Assembly: GCA_038087875.1 (NCBI GenBank)
Contig: JAXLNO010000435.1
Span: forward strand, 1-35,158
DNA length: 35,158 nucleotides
Direction: 5' to 3'
Origin: Malacoraja senta
Lineage: Eukaryota
The notes beneath the pieces were generated by a model. The model had not been told where the DNA came from. It did not search any database and worked only from the letters and a program-made list of their open reading frames with translations. Of this stretch, positions 10,543 to 22,765 are shown in pieces. The first letter of the stretch is position 1, and each line of letters starts with the position of its first letter. The translations under genes were made by a program, and so were the position numbers.

Positions 10543-11345
10543 TAAGTCAAGTCAAGTGAGTTTATTGTCATGTGTCCCTGATAGGACAATGAAATTCTTG
10601 CTTTGCTTCAGCACAACAGAACATAGTAGGCATTGACTACAAGGCATTCTATAAATATATACACAATGGTCAATATACTGATAAAGTGCAAATAACAGTA
10701 TTGGCTAGTAAAGTTCAGTGTTATGTCCGAGCCAGGTTTAATAGCCTGATGGCTGTGGGGAAGTAGCTGTTCCTGAACCTGGTCGTTGCAGTCTTCAGGC
10801 TCCTGTACCTTCTACCTGAAGGTAGTAGGGAGATGAGTGTGTGGCCAGGATGGTGTGGGTCCTTGATGATGCTGCCAGCCTTTTTGAGGCAGCGACTGTG
10901 GTAGATCCCCTCGATGGAAGGGAGGTCAGAGCCGATGATGGACTGGGCAGTGTTTACTACTTTTTGTAGTCTTTTCCTCTCCAGGGCACTCAAGTTGCCG
11001 AACCAAGCCACGATGCAACCGGTCAGCATGCTCTCTACTGTGCACCTGTAGAAGTTAGAGAGAGGCCTCCTTGACAAACCGACTCTCCGTAATCTTCTCA
11101 GGAAGTAGATGCGCTGATGTGCTTTCTTAATAATGGCATCATTGTTCTCGGACCAGGAAAGATCTTCAGAGATGTGACCGCCCAGGAATTTGAAGCTCTT
11201 GACCCTTTCAACCATCGACCCGTTGATATAAACGGGACTGTGGGTCCCCATCCTACTCCTTCCAAAATCCACAATCAGTTCCTTGGTTTTGCTGGTGTTG
11301 AGGGCCAGTTTGTTGTGCTGGCACATATGGACAGTTGCTCGATCT
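10543..11345 (-). mobile_element. Rex1/Babar-type LINE 3' part
   Basis: LALNTSKTKELIVDF...NFYRCTVESMLTGCIVAWFGN...LLPSGRRYRSLKTATTRFRNSYFP; (TTGAC)n tail near 10545-10560. Confidence 0.88.
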
Positions 11346-11375
11346 CTCTTCCATACTCTGACTTTAGACCAGAGA

Positions 11376-11576
11376 GTAGACACAAAATGCTGGAGTAATT
11401 CAGCGGGTGAGGCAGCATCCATGGCGAGAAGGAACGGGTAAATGAGTCTGAAGAAGGGTCTCGACCCAAAACGTCACCCATTCCGTCTCTCCAGAGATGC
11501 TGCCTCACCCGTTGAGTTACTCCAGCATTTTGTGTCTACCGTCAATTTTACCAGCACCTGCAGTTCTTTCCTACAC
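11376..11576. mobile_element. Palindromic Penelope pLTR-derived element
   Basis: gtagacacaaaatgctggagtaattcagcgggtgaggcagcatc...gatgctgcctcacccgttgagttactccagcattttgtgtctac inverted arms around a ctgaagaagggtctcgaccc core. Confidence 0.75.
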
Positions 11577-11586
11577 ATTCTCAGGC

Positions 11587-11868
11587 TTTAGAGATACAGC
11601 GCGGAAACTGGCGCTGCGGCCCACCGTGTCCGCGCCGACTAGCGATCCCCGTACACTAACACTATCCTACACACACTGGTCGGGACAGTTATTACACTTT
11701 TTACCAAAGCCAATTAACCTACAAACCTGCACGTCTTTGGAGTTGGGGGGAAACGGAGCGCCCGGGAAAATTCACGCGGTCACGGGGAGAACGTGCAAAC
11801 TCCGTGCAAATAAGCACCCGTAGTCAGGAGCGATCCCGGGTCTCTGGCGCAGTGAGGCAGCCACTCTG
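11587..11868 (-). mobile_element. tRNA-derived V-SINE (HE1-type)
   Basis: tRNA-like head, V domain (ggagtttgcacgttctccccgtgacc) and CR1-derived tail. Confidence 0.85.
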
Positions 11869-12084
11869 CAGGTATTTATCACTGCCGGAGGAACTCAGCG
11901 GGCCAGGCAGCATCTGTGGAGGGAAATGTTCAGGCAAAGTTTCAGGTCGGACCCTTCTCTGCCATAGATTAGTGAGACAGAGAAACAGGCCATTCGGCCC
12001 ATCCTGTCCATGTCAACCATCCTATCTACCTTTACTTACCTTGGTCTTCCTGTGTGGTACTGGCTGTTCTCGGGGATGTCATGC

Positions 12085-12657
12085 TCAACAAGGCGCTGGT
12101 CTGGCCGCATTTGGAGCATTGTGAGCAGTTTTGGGCCCTGTATCTGAGGAAGGATGTGCCAGCTCTGGAGAGGGTTCAGAGGAGGTTTACAAGAACAATC
12201 CCAGGAATGATTGGGTTAACGTTCGATGAGCGTTTGTCGGCGCTGGGCCTGTACTCGCTGGAGTTTAGAAGGACGAGGGGGGACCTCATTGAGACTTACT
12301 GAATAGTGAAAGGCCTGGATAGAGTGGATGTGGAGAGATGTTTCCACTTGTGGGGAGAGTCTAGGACCAGAGGGCACAGCCTCAGAATAAAAGAACATAC
12401 TTTTAGAAAGGAGATGAGGAGGAATTTCTTAAGCCAGAGGGTGGTGAATCCGTGGAATTCTTTGCCACAGGCGGCGGTGGAGGCAAGTCAGTGGGTATTT
12501 TTAGGATGGAGATTGACAAATTCTTGATTGGTACGGGTGTCAGGGGTTATGGGGAGAAAAGGCAGGAGAATGGGGTTGAGAGGGAGAGATAGATCAGCCA
12601 TGATTGAATGGCGGAGTGGACTCGATGGGCCGAATGACCTAATTCTGCTCCTATAAC
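12085..12657 (+). mobile_element. CR1 LINE 3' fragment
   Basis: ALVWPHLEHCEQFW..YLRKDV.ALERVQRRFTR.IPGM...LGLYSLEFRR.RGDLIETY plus 3' tail. Confidence 0.9.
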
Positions 12658-12815
12658 ATATAAATCTACTCAGTTCTTGATCCTACATTAATGCAGGGAA
12701 TTGCAGGCCAGGAACAGTCAAAGTCCACTTGTCTATGGGTCGGTGGAGTTAGACACACAATTAGAGACATTGAGCAATATGTAGAGGGAGAGGGGGGAAT
12801 GTGGGGGGGGGGGAG

Positions 12816-12982
12816 GCACAGTGGGTAGAGTTGCTGCCTCACAGCGCCAGAGACCCCGGTTCGATCCTGACCACGGGTGCTGTCTCTGCGGAGTTTGCAC
12901 CTTTCGCCCCGTGACCCGCGTGGGTTTTCCCCGGGTGCTCAGGTTTTCCTCCCACACTTACTTCAAAGGCGTGCGGAGTTTG
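12816..12982 (+). mobile_element. V-SINE (HE1-type), 5' part
   Basis: ggtagagttgctgcctcacagcgccagagaccccggttcgatcc (A and B boxes) plus V domain. Confidence 0.8.
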
Positions 12983-13770
12983 TAGGATCTATCGCAGTCG
13001 CTGCCTCAAAAAAGGCTGCCAGCATCATCAAGGATCCACACCATCCTAGCCACTCACTCATCTCCCCGCTGCCTTCAGGTAGAAGGTACAGGTGCCTGAA
13101 ATCTGCAACATCCAGGTTCAGGAATAGCTGCTTCCCCACAGCCATCAGGCTATTAAACTCAACTCAAACAAAGCTCTGATCATTAATAGCCCATTGCACT
13201 TTATCTGTTTATTTATGTGTGTATATATATATTAATAGACAATATGTGCAGGAGTAGGCCATTCGTCCCTTCGTGTCAGCACCGCCATTCAATGTGATCA
13301 TGGCTGATCATCCCCAATCAGTACCCCGCTCCTGCCTTCTCCCCATATCCCCTGATCCGCTATTTTTAAGAGCCCTATCTAGCTCTCTCTTGAAAGCATC
13401 CAGAGAACCGGCCTCCACCGCCTTCTGAGGCAGAGAATTCCACAGACTCACAACTCTCTGTGAGAAAAAGTGTTTCCTTGTCTCCGTTCTAAATGGCTTA
13501 CTCCTTATGCTTAAAACTGTGGCCCCTGGTTCTGGACTCCCCCAACATGGGGAACATGTTTCCTGCCTCTAGCGTGTCCAAACCCTTAACAATCTTATAT
13601 GTTTCAATGAGATCCCCTCTCATCCTTCTAAACTCCAGAGTGTACAAGCCCAGCCGCTCCATTCTCTCATTGGTAGATGGTCACACTGTTCTGTTCTGTA
13701 TTTATTTATGCCTACTATATTCTGTTGTGCTGAAGCAAAGCAAGAATTTCATTGTCCTATCTGGGACACA
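12983..13770 (+). mobile_element. Rex1/Babar 3' end split by a minus-strand CR1 (13237-13668)
   Basis: KKAASIIKDPHHP...LPSGRRYR; the 3' UTR resumes after the CR1 and matches the 10560-10630 UTR in reverse. Confidence 0.8.
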
Positions 13771-14677
13771 TGTGGACCCTGTGTGGATGTGCTTGAGACG
13801 CGTATGAGGAGCAAGTTGCAGGTCATCCTCGACAACTCCGGGCACCCCCTCCATGAAACTCTGGAGGTTAGAGGAGCAGACGGAACATCAACCGGCTCCT
13901 CTCACTGCACTGTAGAACGGAGCGGTTCAGGAGATCTTTCACCCCTGCAGCCGTTAGATTTTATAATGATAATAATATTTGTAATTGTCATTGCACATAG
14001 GTGCAACGAGATTTGGTCTGCAGCTTCCATCCGATAGTCATAACTTAAACAACTAATACAATTTAGATACCCTGAGAAACATGATTTATTTTTAAAAAAC
14101 AGTAAAACAGTCTAAAGTGCAAATATGTCTGTGCCGGGTCAAATGTGTGTGAATACAGTTCATGGGGGTGGGGGGGGGGGGGCTCAGCAGGGCCGGTTCA
14201 GAGCAGCGATAGCTCTGGGGATGAAGCTGTCCCTGAGTCTGGAGGTGTGGGCGTAGAAGGCCTTGTAACGTCTGCCGGATGGTAGGAGTTCGAACAGACT
14301 ATTACAAGGGTGTGAGGAGTCTTTGTGGATGCTGACGGCAATGATGGCTAGGCTGTATGGGATGCTTTTGCATTTTTAATAGTTAATTATTGGGTCTTTT
14401 TAAGTATTTATTGCTTTCAGGTATTCTCCATGTTGTATTTTTGTCTGCTCTCGTTCTGAATGTGTTGGGTTTGTTGGTTGGAGGCTTCTGGACATCTGAA
14501 TTTCCCTGAGGTGATCAATAAAGTATTTATTATTATTATTATTATTATTGCATGACAATAAACTCTCTTGAATCTAGGCTAATTGGTTTGGCAACAAACC
14601 TCGATACACGCGACCGTAAACCAAACTCCCACTCAAACTGATCCTGTGCTAATGTTCCTTTGTCCTCTCTCTTGCAG

Positions 14678-14785
14678 TCAAAAGAAATCACAGAGCTGGG
14701 ATGAAATGAACATAATTGCCACCTATAAACCCGTGGGAAAGGATTAAGGCCATATGACAATCAATGAAGCGAAGACTCCTTACAG
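14678..14785 (+). CDS. PPP1R2: PPP1R2-like exon 2 (QKKSQSWDEMNIIATYKPVGKD*GHMTINEAKTPY), contains in-frame TAA
   Basis: Polypyrimidine tract plus ttgcag acceptor; 108 nt; donor AG|gtagcc. Close match to I-2 KKSQKWDEMNILATYHPADKDYGLMKIDEPSTPY with Tyr replaced by stop at 14745-14747. Confidence 0.92.
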
Positions 14786-15024
14786 GTAGCCTTTCCATCT
14801 CTCTTGTGCCTCCATCCCCCTCCTCGCCCCCCCCCCCACCTTCCCCATCCAAGCACTGTTTCTCCGTACTAGGGAAAGGTCCCGACCTACAACTTTGCCT
14901 GAATATCTCCCTCCACAGCTGCTGCCCTGGCGGCCTGCTGACTCCCTCCAGCACTTTGTGTTTTTTACGCAATTTATAGATGTCGCCCCGTCTCCCTCCA
15001 AACCAAGCAGTGCTCAATATCTGG

Positions 15025-15551
15025 GCTGGCGGCACAGCGGTAGAGTTGCTGCCTCACAGCGCCGAGACGCGGGTTCGATCCTGACTACGGGCGCTGTCCG
15101 TATGGAGTTTGTACCTTCTCCCACGTGGGTTGTCGCCCGCAATCCAAAGACGTGCAGGTTTACAGGTTAATTGGCTTCGGGTTAAATTGTAAATTGTCCC
15201 CTAGTGTAGGTAGGATAGTTCTAATGTGATCGTTGGTCATCGCGGACCCGGTGGGCCTGTTTTTGCGCTGTATCTCTGAAGTTTAAAGTAAACATACAGC
15301 ACGGTAACAGGCCCTTCGGCCCGTCGAGTCCAAACCAACCAGCGATCACCTGTTGACATTAGTTATCCTACTTCCTCATCCACTCTACGATTAACCTACA
15401 ACGTGTTTGGGATGTGGGAGGAAACCGGAGCACCCAGAGGAAACCCACGTGGTCACGGGAGGTCTCTCACACACAGATAGCACCTGAGGTCAGGATCGAA
15501 CCCGGGCCTCCGGCGCTGTAAGGCAGCAGCTCTACCCGCTGCGCCGCCGTG
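15025..15551. mobile_element. Two tail-to-tail V-SINEs (15025-15290 +, 15293-15551 -)
   Basis: HE1-type heads at both outer ends, tails meeting near 15290. Confidence 0.8.
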
Positions 15552-15729
15552 CGAACCCAGGACAGAAGCGGGATAGAGATGCGGAGAAATGGTAAAATGG
15601 ATATAAGAGCGATATGGGCCAAACACGGGCAAATGCAATGATGGTGCATCACAGTCACCATGGAGGAGTCGGGCCGAAGGGCCTGTCTCCATACTGCATG
15701 CCTCTATGACTCCACAAAGATGACTCTAA

Positions 15730-16400
15730 AGCCGCTGCCTCACAGCACCAGAGACCTGGGTTTACTCCCTCTGACCGGCGCTGTCTGTGTGCGAGTGCGA
15801 GTGCATGTGTGTGTGTGTCTGTCTGTGCATGTGTGGATGTGAGTGTCTGTGTGTGCACATGGATGTGCATATGTGTGTGCATGTGTGTATCTGCGTGTGT
15901 ATGCATGTGTGTGTATGTGTTTATCTGCGTGTGACTGTATGCATGTGTGGGCATGTGTGTGCATGTGTGTACATGTGGATGGATATATGTGCACGCATGT
16001 GTGTGTATTTGTATGTAGATGCATGAGTGTCAGTGTGTGCATTTGCGTGTGCCCGTGTGTACGCGCGCGCACATGTATGCGTGTGCATTTGTGCCCGCGT
16101 GTGTGTGTATGCGCGTGTGCCTGTGCGTATGTTGCGTGCGTTTGTGCCTGTGTGTGTGCGTATGCGCATGTGCCCGTGCGTGCCCGTGCGTGTGTGCTTG
16201 TCTTTGCGCGTGCATGTGTGTGTCTATGTGTGGAGTTTGCACATTCTCCCTGTGATCGTGTGGGTTTCCTCCGGGTGCTCCGGTTTCCTTCCACGTCACA
16301 AAGACATGCTGAGTGGGTGGGTTAATCGGCTGCTATGAATTGCTCCCCTGGTGTGTGTGTGTGTGTGTGTTTGTCTGTGTGTGTGTGTGTGTGTGTGGGT
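15730..16400 (+). mobile_element. V-SINE with ~440-bp (GT/GC/AT) microsatellite expansion (15786-16228)
   Basis: gctgcctcacagcaccagagacc...gctgtctgt[TG-rich]ggagtttgcacattctccc. Confidence 0.8.
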
Positions 16401-16494
16401 GGGGGGGGGATGAGGGGTAGAATCTGGCAGATGATGGAACTGTGGGGAGAATATAATGGGCTTGGAGTAAATGGGAGTCCATTTCTCTCGGTGC

Positions 16495-16742
16495 CCTTCG
16501 GCCCATCGAGTCCGTGCCGACTATCGATCCACCTATTCACACTAGTTCTATGTTATCCCACTTTCTCGTCCACTCCCTACACACAGGGGGGGGGGCTATC
16601 AGCCTACAAACCCGCATGTGTTTGAGACGTGGGAGGAAACCGGAGCACCCGGAGGAAACCCACGGGCTCACGGGGAGAACGTGCAAAATCCACACAGAGA
16701 GCTGCCGAGGTCAGGATCGATCCCGGGTCTCTGGCGCTGTGA
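16495..16742 (-). mobile_element. V-SINE
   Basis: gtgggaggaaaccggagcacccggaggaaacccacg...caggatcgatcccgggtctctggcgctgt. Confidence 0.8.
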
Positions 16743-17269
16743 CAATGGGGGATGTGTCCTACCCCTCCCTTTCCTCATAAACCCTTCCGTTCACCGTGTA
16801 TCCTGCCCATGGAGGCCCCGCTATTCCCCCATACTCCCTAAGGCACTACTATTCAGTGTGTTTGTGTGACCTTTCCCTTCACCATCGAGGTCCCTGTTCC
16901 TGAATAACCCCTTCCATTCCCAGAGTGTGTCCGACCCTCGTAATCCAAGGTTCCTCTCTTCTCCAAAGGCCCATGCCCATGGACGCCCCGCTATTCCCCC
17001 ATACTCCGAAGGCCCGACCATTCGCGATGAATGTCCTACCCTGTACACTGAGGTCCCCTCTGTTCCTCGATCAGCCCCATCTCTCGTGGTGTGTCTCCTG
17101 CCATTAGGGCGAAGACTGACAGATTCTTGGTTAATTACGGGGAGAAGGCAGGAGAATGGGGTTGAGAGGGAAAGGTAGATCAGCCATGATTGAATGGCGG
17201 AGTGGACTAGATAGTGATCGCTGGCTGGCGCAGACACGGTGGGCTGAAGGGCCTGTTGTATCTCTAAGG

Positions 17270-18650
17270 ACGTTGTTGAGGCAGGTACTATACTCAACTC
17301 CTCTTGCTATTGAGGGAGTGCAGCTTAGGTTCACGAGCCATGGAGCCATGATCACAGTGAATGGCGGTGCTGGCTCGAAGGGCGAATGGCCTACTCCTGC
17401 ACTTGTTGTCTATTGTCTATGTGTGTTGGCCTTCATAGCAAGAGGAGTTGAGTATAGGAGCAAAGAGATCCTCTGCAGTTGTACAGGGCCCTAGTGCAGT
17501 TTTGGTTCACCAAATTTGAGGAGGGACATTCTTGCTATTGAGGGAGTGCAGTGTAGGTTCACAAGGTTAATTCCCAGGATGGCGGGACTGTCATATGCTG
17601 AGAGAATGGAGCGGCTGGGCTTGTACACTCTGGAATTTAGGATGAGAGGATATCTTATTGAAACATATAAGATTATTAAGGGTTTGGACACGCTTGAGGC
17701 AGGAAATATGTTCCCCATGTTGGGGGAGTCTAGAACCAGGGGCCACAGTTTAAGAATAAGGGGTAAGCCATTTAGAACGGAGGTGAGGAAACACTTTTTC
17801 ACACAGAGAGTGGTGAGTCTGTGGAATTCTCTACCCTCAGAGGGCGGTGGTGGCCGGTTCTCCGGATACTTTCAAGAGAGAGCTAGACAGAGCTCTTAAA
17901 GATAGCAGAGTCAGGGCATATGGGGAGAGAGGCAGGAACGGGGTACTGATTGTGGTTGGATGATCAGCCATGATCACATTGAAATGCGGTGCTGGCTCGA
18001 AGGGCCGAATGGCCTACTCCTTCCTGCACCTATTGTCTGTTGTCTATTGTTTAAGGAACTCTTGGACAGGTGCATGGATAGGAATGGTTTGGAGAGATAT
18101 GGGCTAAACCCGGGCAGGTGGGACTAGTTGTAGAGCATGTTTCCACGCTGTATGACTCTTTCAGCCACGATGGCTTGAGAAACTGTGTTTGTGTCATCCG
18201 AATGGCCTAATTCTGCTCCTATGTAGGAGAATATTGCCAAGACTCGAGGGGCCTGAGCTACAGGGAGAGGTTGAGCAGGTGGGTCTCTATTCCCTGGGGC
18301 GCAGGAGGATGAAGGGGTGATCTTATAGAGGTGTACAAAATCATGAGGGGATAGATCGGGTAGACGCACAGTCTCTTGCCCAGAGTAGGGGAATCGAGGA
18401 CAGAGGACATAGGTTTAAGGTGAAAAGTTTTAATAGGAATCCGATGGCCCATGGTAACCCTTTTCACACAAAGGGTGGTGGCTGTCCAGAGGAGGTAGTT
18501 GAGTCTGGGACTAATCCCAATGTTTAACAAGCAGTTAGACAGGTACATGGATAGGACAGGTTTGGAGGGATATGGACCAAACGCGAGCAGGTGGGACATG
18601 TTGGCCGGTGTGGGCAGGTTGGGCCGGGGGGCCAGTTTCCACGCTGTGTC
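17270..18650 (+). mobile_element. Stacked CR1 fragments
   Basis: ORF 17516-17899 RRDILAIEGVQCRFTRLIPRMAGLSYAERMERLGLYTLE...; second subfamily at 18240-18650. Confidence 0.88.
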
Positions 18651-18798
18651 GCTCAAGGTCTGGTGGTCTTACGGAGTTGCGGTCACCTGGTCCAGGTGAG
18701 GGGCGAGGCGATAGCGTGGAAGGTGAAACGCGTATTGCGTCTTGACGGCGAGGCTGACCTCCATTGTTGTGTGTGCCCTCCTCCCCTCCCCCCTCCAG

Positions 18799-18867
18799 GC
18801 ACAACACAGACGACGAGGCTGGAAGCAGCACGGGTCCCGGTTTCAACATGGAGGAGCTGAGAGCAAG
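18799..18867 (+). CDS. PPP1R2: PPP1R2-like exon 3 (HNTDDEAGSSTGPGFNMEELRA)
   Basis: Acceptor cctcccccctccag; 69 nt; phase 2/2; donor AG|gtgcct. Acidic segment followed by a helix-like EELRAR end, as expected for I-2 exon 3. Confidence 0.75.
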
Positions 18868-19096
18868 GTGCCTTAATCTGCTCATTTCATTCCTTGCTTG
18901 GCGTGGCAGTGGCCCCATGGTGTGTTTGACTGCAGAGCGTGGGGGTGAGGGTGGGGGTGGGAGGGTTAGGGGGGTGCTTGATGTGAGGGGGGTGTGGGTG
19001 TGGGTGGAGGGAGAGCGGGTCGGTCAAATGTGTGGAGGGGGAGGGGCCTGGGGGTGGGGAGACGGGGAGGGTGGTCGAGTCACCCCAGGGCGGCCA

Positions 19097-19402
19097 AGGT
19101 GGCGCAGTGCTAGATCGCCGCCTTACAGCGCTTGCAGCGCCAGAGACCCCGGGTTCCATCCCGACCACGGGTGCTGTCTGTATGGAGTTTGCATGTTCTC
19201 CCCGTGACCTGCGTCGGTTTCCTCCCGCACTCCAAAGACGTGCAGGTCTGTAGGTTAATTGGCTGGGTATAATTGTAAATTGTCCCTGGTGTGTGTGTGT
19301 GTGTGTGTGGTGGTGTTACTGTGCGGGGATCGCTGGCCGGCACGGACTCGGTGGGGTCGATGGGCCTGTTACCGCGCGGTGGTATCTCTAAACTAAACTA
19401 AA
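19097..19402 (+). mobile_element. V-SINE, near full length, (CTAAA)n tail
   Basis: Head, V domain and tatctctaaactaaactaaa end. Confidence 0.85.
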
Positions 19403-19624
19403 TCTCACCAGTACATTGCATCCAGCCTCAGATTTAGTCTAATTTCGTTTATTAATGTCACGTGCACCGAGGTACAGGGAAAAGATTTTCCATTGCGTGC
19501 TAACCAGTCAGCGGAAAGACTATACATGTTTACAATCAAAGCTGTCCACAGTGTACAGATACAGGATAAAGGGAATAAGGGAATAATGTTTAGTGCAAGA
19601 TAAAGGCCAGTAAAGTCCGATTAA

Positions 19625-22530
19625 AGGTGGACAAACGTGGATAGGGTGGTTAAAAAGGCTTTCAGCACATTGGCCTTCGTCAGGGTATTGGGTATGAAAA
19701 TTTCATGTCATGTTGCATGAAGACACTAAAAGCTGGAGTAACTCAGCGGGTCAGACAACATCTCTGGAGAAAATGAATAAGTGACATTTCAGATCGAGAC
19801 TCTTCTTCAGACTCTGAAGAACATCACCTATTCCTTCTCTCCAGAGATGCTGCCTGACCCGCTGAGTTACCCCAGCTTTTAGCATCTATCTTCGGTTTTA
19901 ACCAGCATCTGCAGTTCCTTCCGACACATTTAGAGAATACTGTTCAGATTTGATCATATATTTGGGCAGTTTTTCCATGTTATAGGAAGATGTTGTCAAG
20001 CTTGAAAGGGTTCAGAGAAGATTTAGGGTGAGGTTGAGCAGGCTGGGACTCTATTCCTTGGAGCGCAGGAGGATGAGGGGCGATCTTACAGAGGTGTACA
20101 GAATCATGAGAGGAATAGATCGGGTAAACGCAGTCTTTGCCCAGAGTTGGGGAATCGAGAACCAGAGGACCTGGTTTAAGGTGAGGGGGGGGGAAGATTT
20201 AATGGGAATCTGAGGGGTAACTTTTTCACACAAAGGGTGGTGGGTGTATGGAATGAGTTGCAGGAGAGGAGGTAGTTGAGGCTGGGACTATCACAACATT
20301 TAAGAACATTTGGACAGGTACATGGATAGGACAGGTTTTAGAGGGATATGGGCCAAACGCAGGCAAGTGGGACTAGTGTAGATGGGGCGTGTTGGTCGGC
20401 GTAGGCAAGTTGGGTCGAAGAGCCTGTTTCCACACTTTAAGACTCTATAAAGATAGTCCGAGGGTCTCCAATGAGATAGATGGGAGGTCAGGACCGCTCT
20501 CTAGTTGGTGAGAGGACAGTTCCTTTGCCTGATGACAGCTGGGGAAAAACTGTCCCCTGAATCTGTAGTTGTGCGTTTTCACACTTCTGTACCTCTTGCC
20601 AGATGGGGAGAGGGAGGAGAGGGAGTGACTGAGGTGAGTGACTGGATGGAGGCGTTGGGAGGGATAATAGTGACCATTTAAGGCCCTTCACCCAAAGGTC
20701 ACCTAGAGCCATAGAATCATAGCGTCATACAACACGGAAACAGACCCTTTGGCCCCAACTTGCCCACACCGACCAAGAATTAATGGGTTAACATATGATG
20801 AGCGTTTGATGGCACTGGGCCTGTACTCGCTGGAGTTTAGAAGGATGAGGGGAAGGACCTCATTGAAACTTACCGAATAGTGAAAGTCTTGGATAGAGTG
20901 GATGTGGAGAGGATGTTTCCACTAGTGGGAGAGTCTAGAACCAGAGGACACAGCCTCAGAATTAAAGGACGTACCTTTAGAAAGGAGATGAGGAGGAATT
21001 TCTTTAGTCAGAGGGTGGTGAATCTTCGGAATTCATTTCCACAGATGGCTGTGGAGGCTGTCAATGGATATTATTGAGGAGGGGATTGACAGTATTGACT
21101 GCTCTTGTTTAGTATGGGTGTCAGGGGTTACGGGGAGAAAACATAGAAGCATAAAAAATATGTGCAGGAGTGGGCCATTCGGCCCTTCGAGCCAGCACCG
21201 CCATTCAATATGATCACGGCTGATCATCCAGAATCAGTACCCCGTTCCTGCCTTCTCCCCATATCCCTTGATTCCGTTAGCCCTAAGAGCTAAATCTAAC
21301 TCTCTTGAATGCATCCAGTGAATCGGCCTCCACTGCCTTCTGTGGCAGAGAATTCCACAGATTGACAACTTTCTGGGTGAAAATGTTTTTCCTCATCTCA
21401 GTCCTAAATGGCCGACCCCTTATTCTTAAACTGTGTGACCCCTGGTTCTGGACTCCCCCAACATCGGGAACATTTTCCTGCATCTAGCCTGTTCAATCCC
21501 TTATGAATTTTATATGTTTCTATAAGATCCCCTCAACCTTAAAAATTCCAGTGAATACAAGCCCAGTCGATCCAATCTTTCATCATATGTCAGTCTCACC
21601 ATCCTGGGAATTAACCTGGTGAACCTACGCTGCACTCCCTCAATAGCAAGAATGTCCTTCCTCAAAATTAGGAGACCAAAACTGCACACAATACTCCAGG
21701 TGTGGTCTCACCAGGTCCTGTACAACTGCAACAGGACCTCCTTGCTCCTATGCTCAAATCCTCTCGCTATGAAGGCCAAAATGCCATTTGCTTTCTTCAC
21801 TGCCTGCTGTACCTGCATGCTTACTTTCAGTGACTGAATTACAAGGACACCCAGGTCTCGTTGCAACCTCCCTTTTTCCTAAATCTGGACACCATTCAGA
21901 TAAAAAATCTGCCCTTCTTGTTCTTGCCACCAAAGTGGATAACATTTATCCACTAGAAGGCGGGAGAATGGGGCTGAGAGGGGGATATGATTGAATGGCG
22001 GAGTAGACTTGATGGGCCGAATGGCCTAATTCTGCTCCTCGAACTTACGAAGATGTCCCATCTACAGTAGTCCCACCTGCCCACGTTTGGCCCATATCCC
22101 TATAAACCTATCCGATCCATGTACCTGTCCAAATGTATTTTAAATGCGGCTATAGTCCCTGCCTCAACTACCTCCTCCGGCAGCTCGTTCCATACACCCA
22201 CCACCCTTTGTGTGAAAAGGTTACCTCTCAGATTCCTATGAAATCTTTTCCCCATCTCAACTTAAACCTATGGCCTCTGGTTCTCGATTCCCCTACTCTG
22301 GGCAAAAGACTGCGAGTACCTGATCTATTCCCATCGTGATTCTGTACACCTCTATAAAACCTCCCCTCATCCTCCTGCGCTCCAAGGAATGGAGTCCTAG
22401 TCTGCTCCACCTCTCCCTTAAAGCTCAGACACTCAGTTCCTGGCAACATCCTGGTAAATCTTAAATATTTCCTCTCTCACCTTCAACCTTTGACCTTCGG
22501 TTCTCGATTCTCCTACTCTGGGCAAGAAGT
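19625..22530. mobile_element. CR1 fragment cluster in both orientations, with a palindromic Penelope pLTR unit at 19722-19927
   Basis: LGLYSLERRRMRGDL (20028+); 20780-21140 +; 21145-21950 -; 22050-22530 -. Confidence 0.82.
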
Positions 22531-22765
22531 TACCAGGGGCAACAGAGCAACCGTTGCCCCTTGTTAGAGAGAAGGAATCCTGGCAGAACCCATCCTATTC
22601 CCCTTCCTCCCCTCTCCTTTCACCGTCCTCCATCTTTGTGCCAGCGCGCAAATATTCCTCCCAACATCTCCCACCAGTATCTCTCCCCTTCTCCGTACCC
22701 TCTTCCCCGAATTTACTATTTACCCCCTCCTCTCTCTTCTTCATTCCTCCTCCCCTCTCAGTTAG

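Noticed and set aside
14745..14750. Programmed stop-codon readthrough or selenocysteine
   Set aside because: The codon is TAA, not TGA, and is not in a known leaky context; a second lesion exists downstream.
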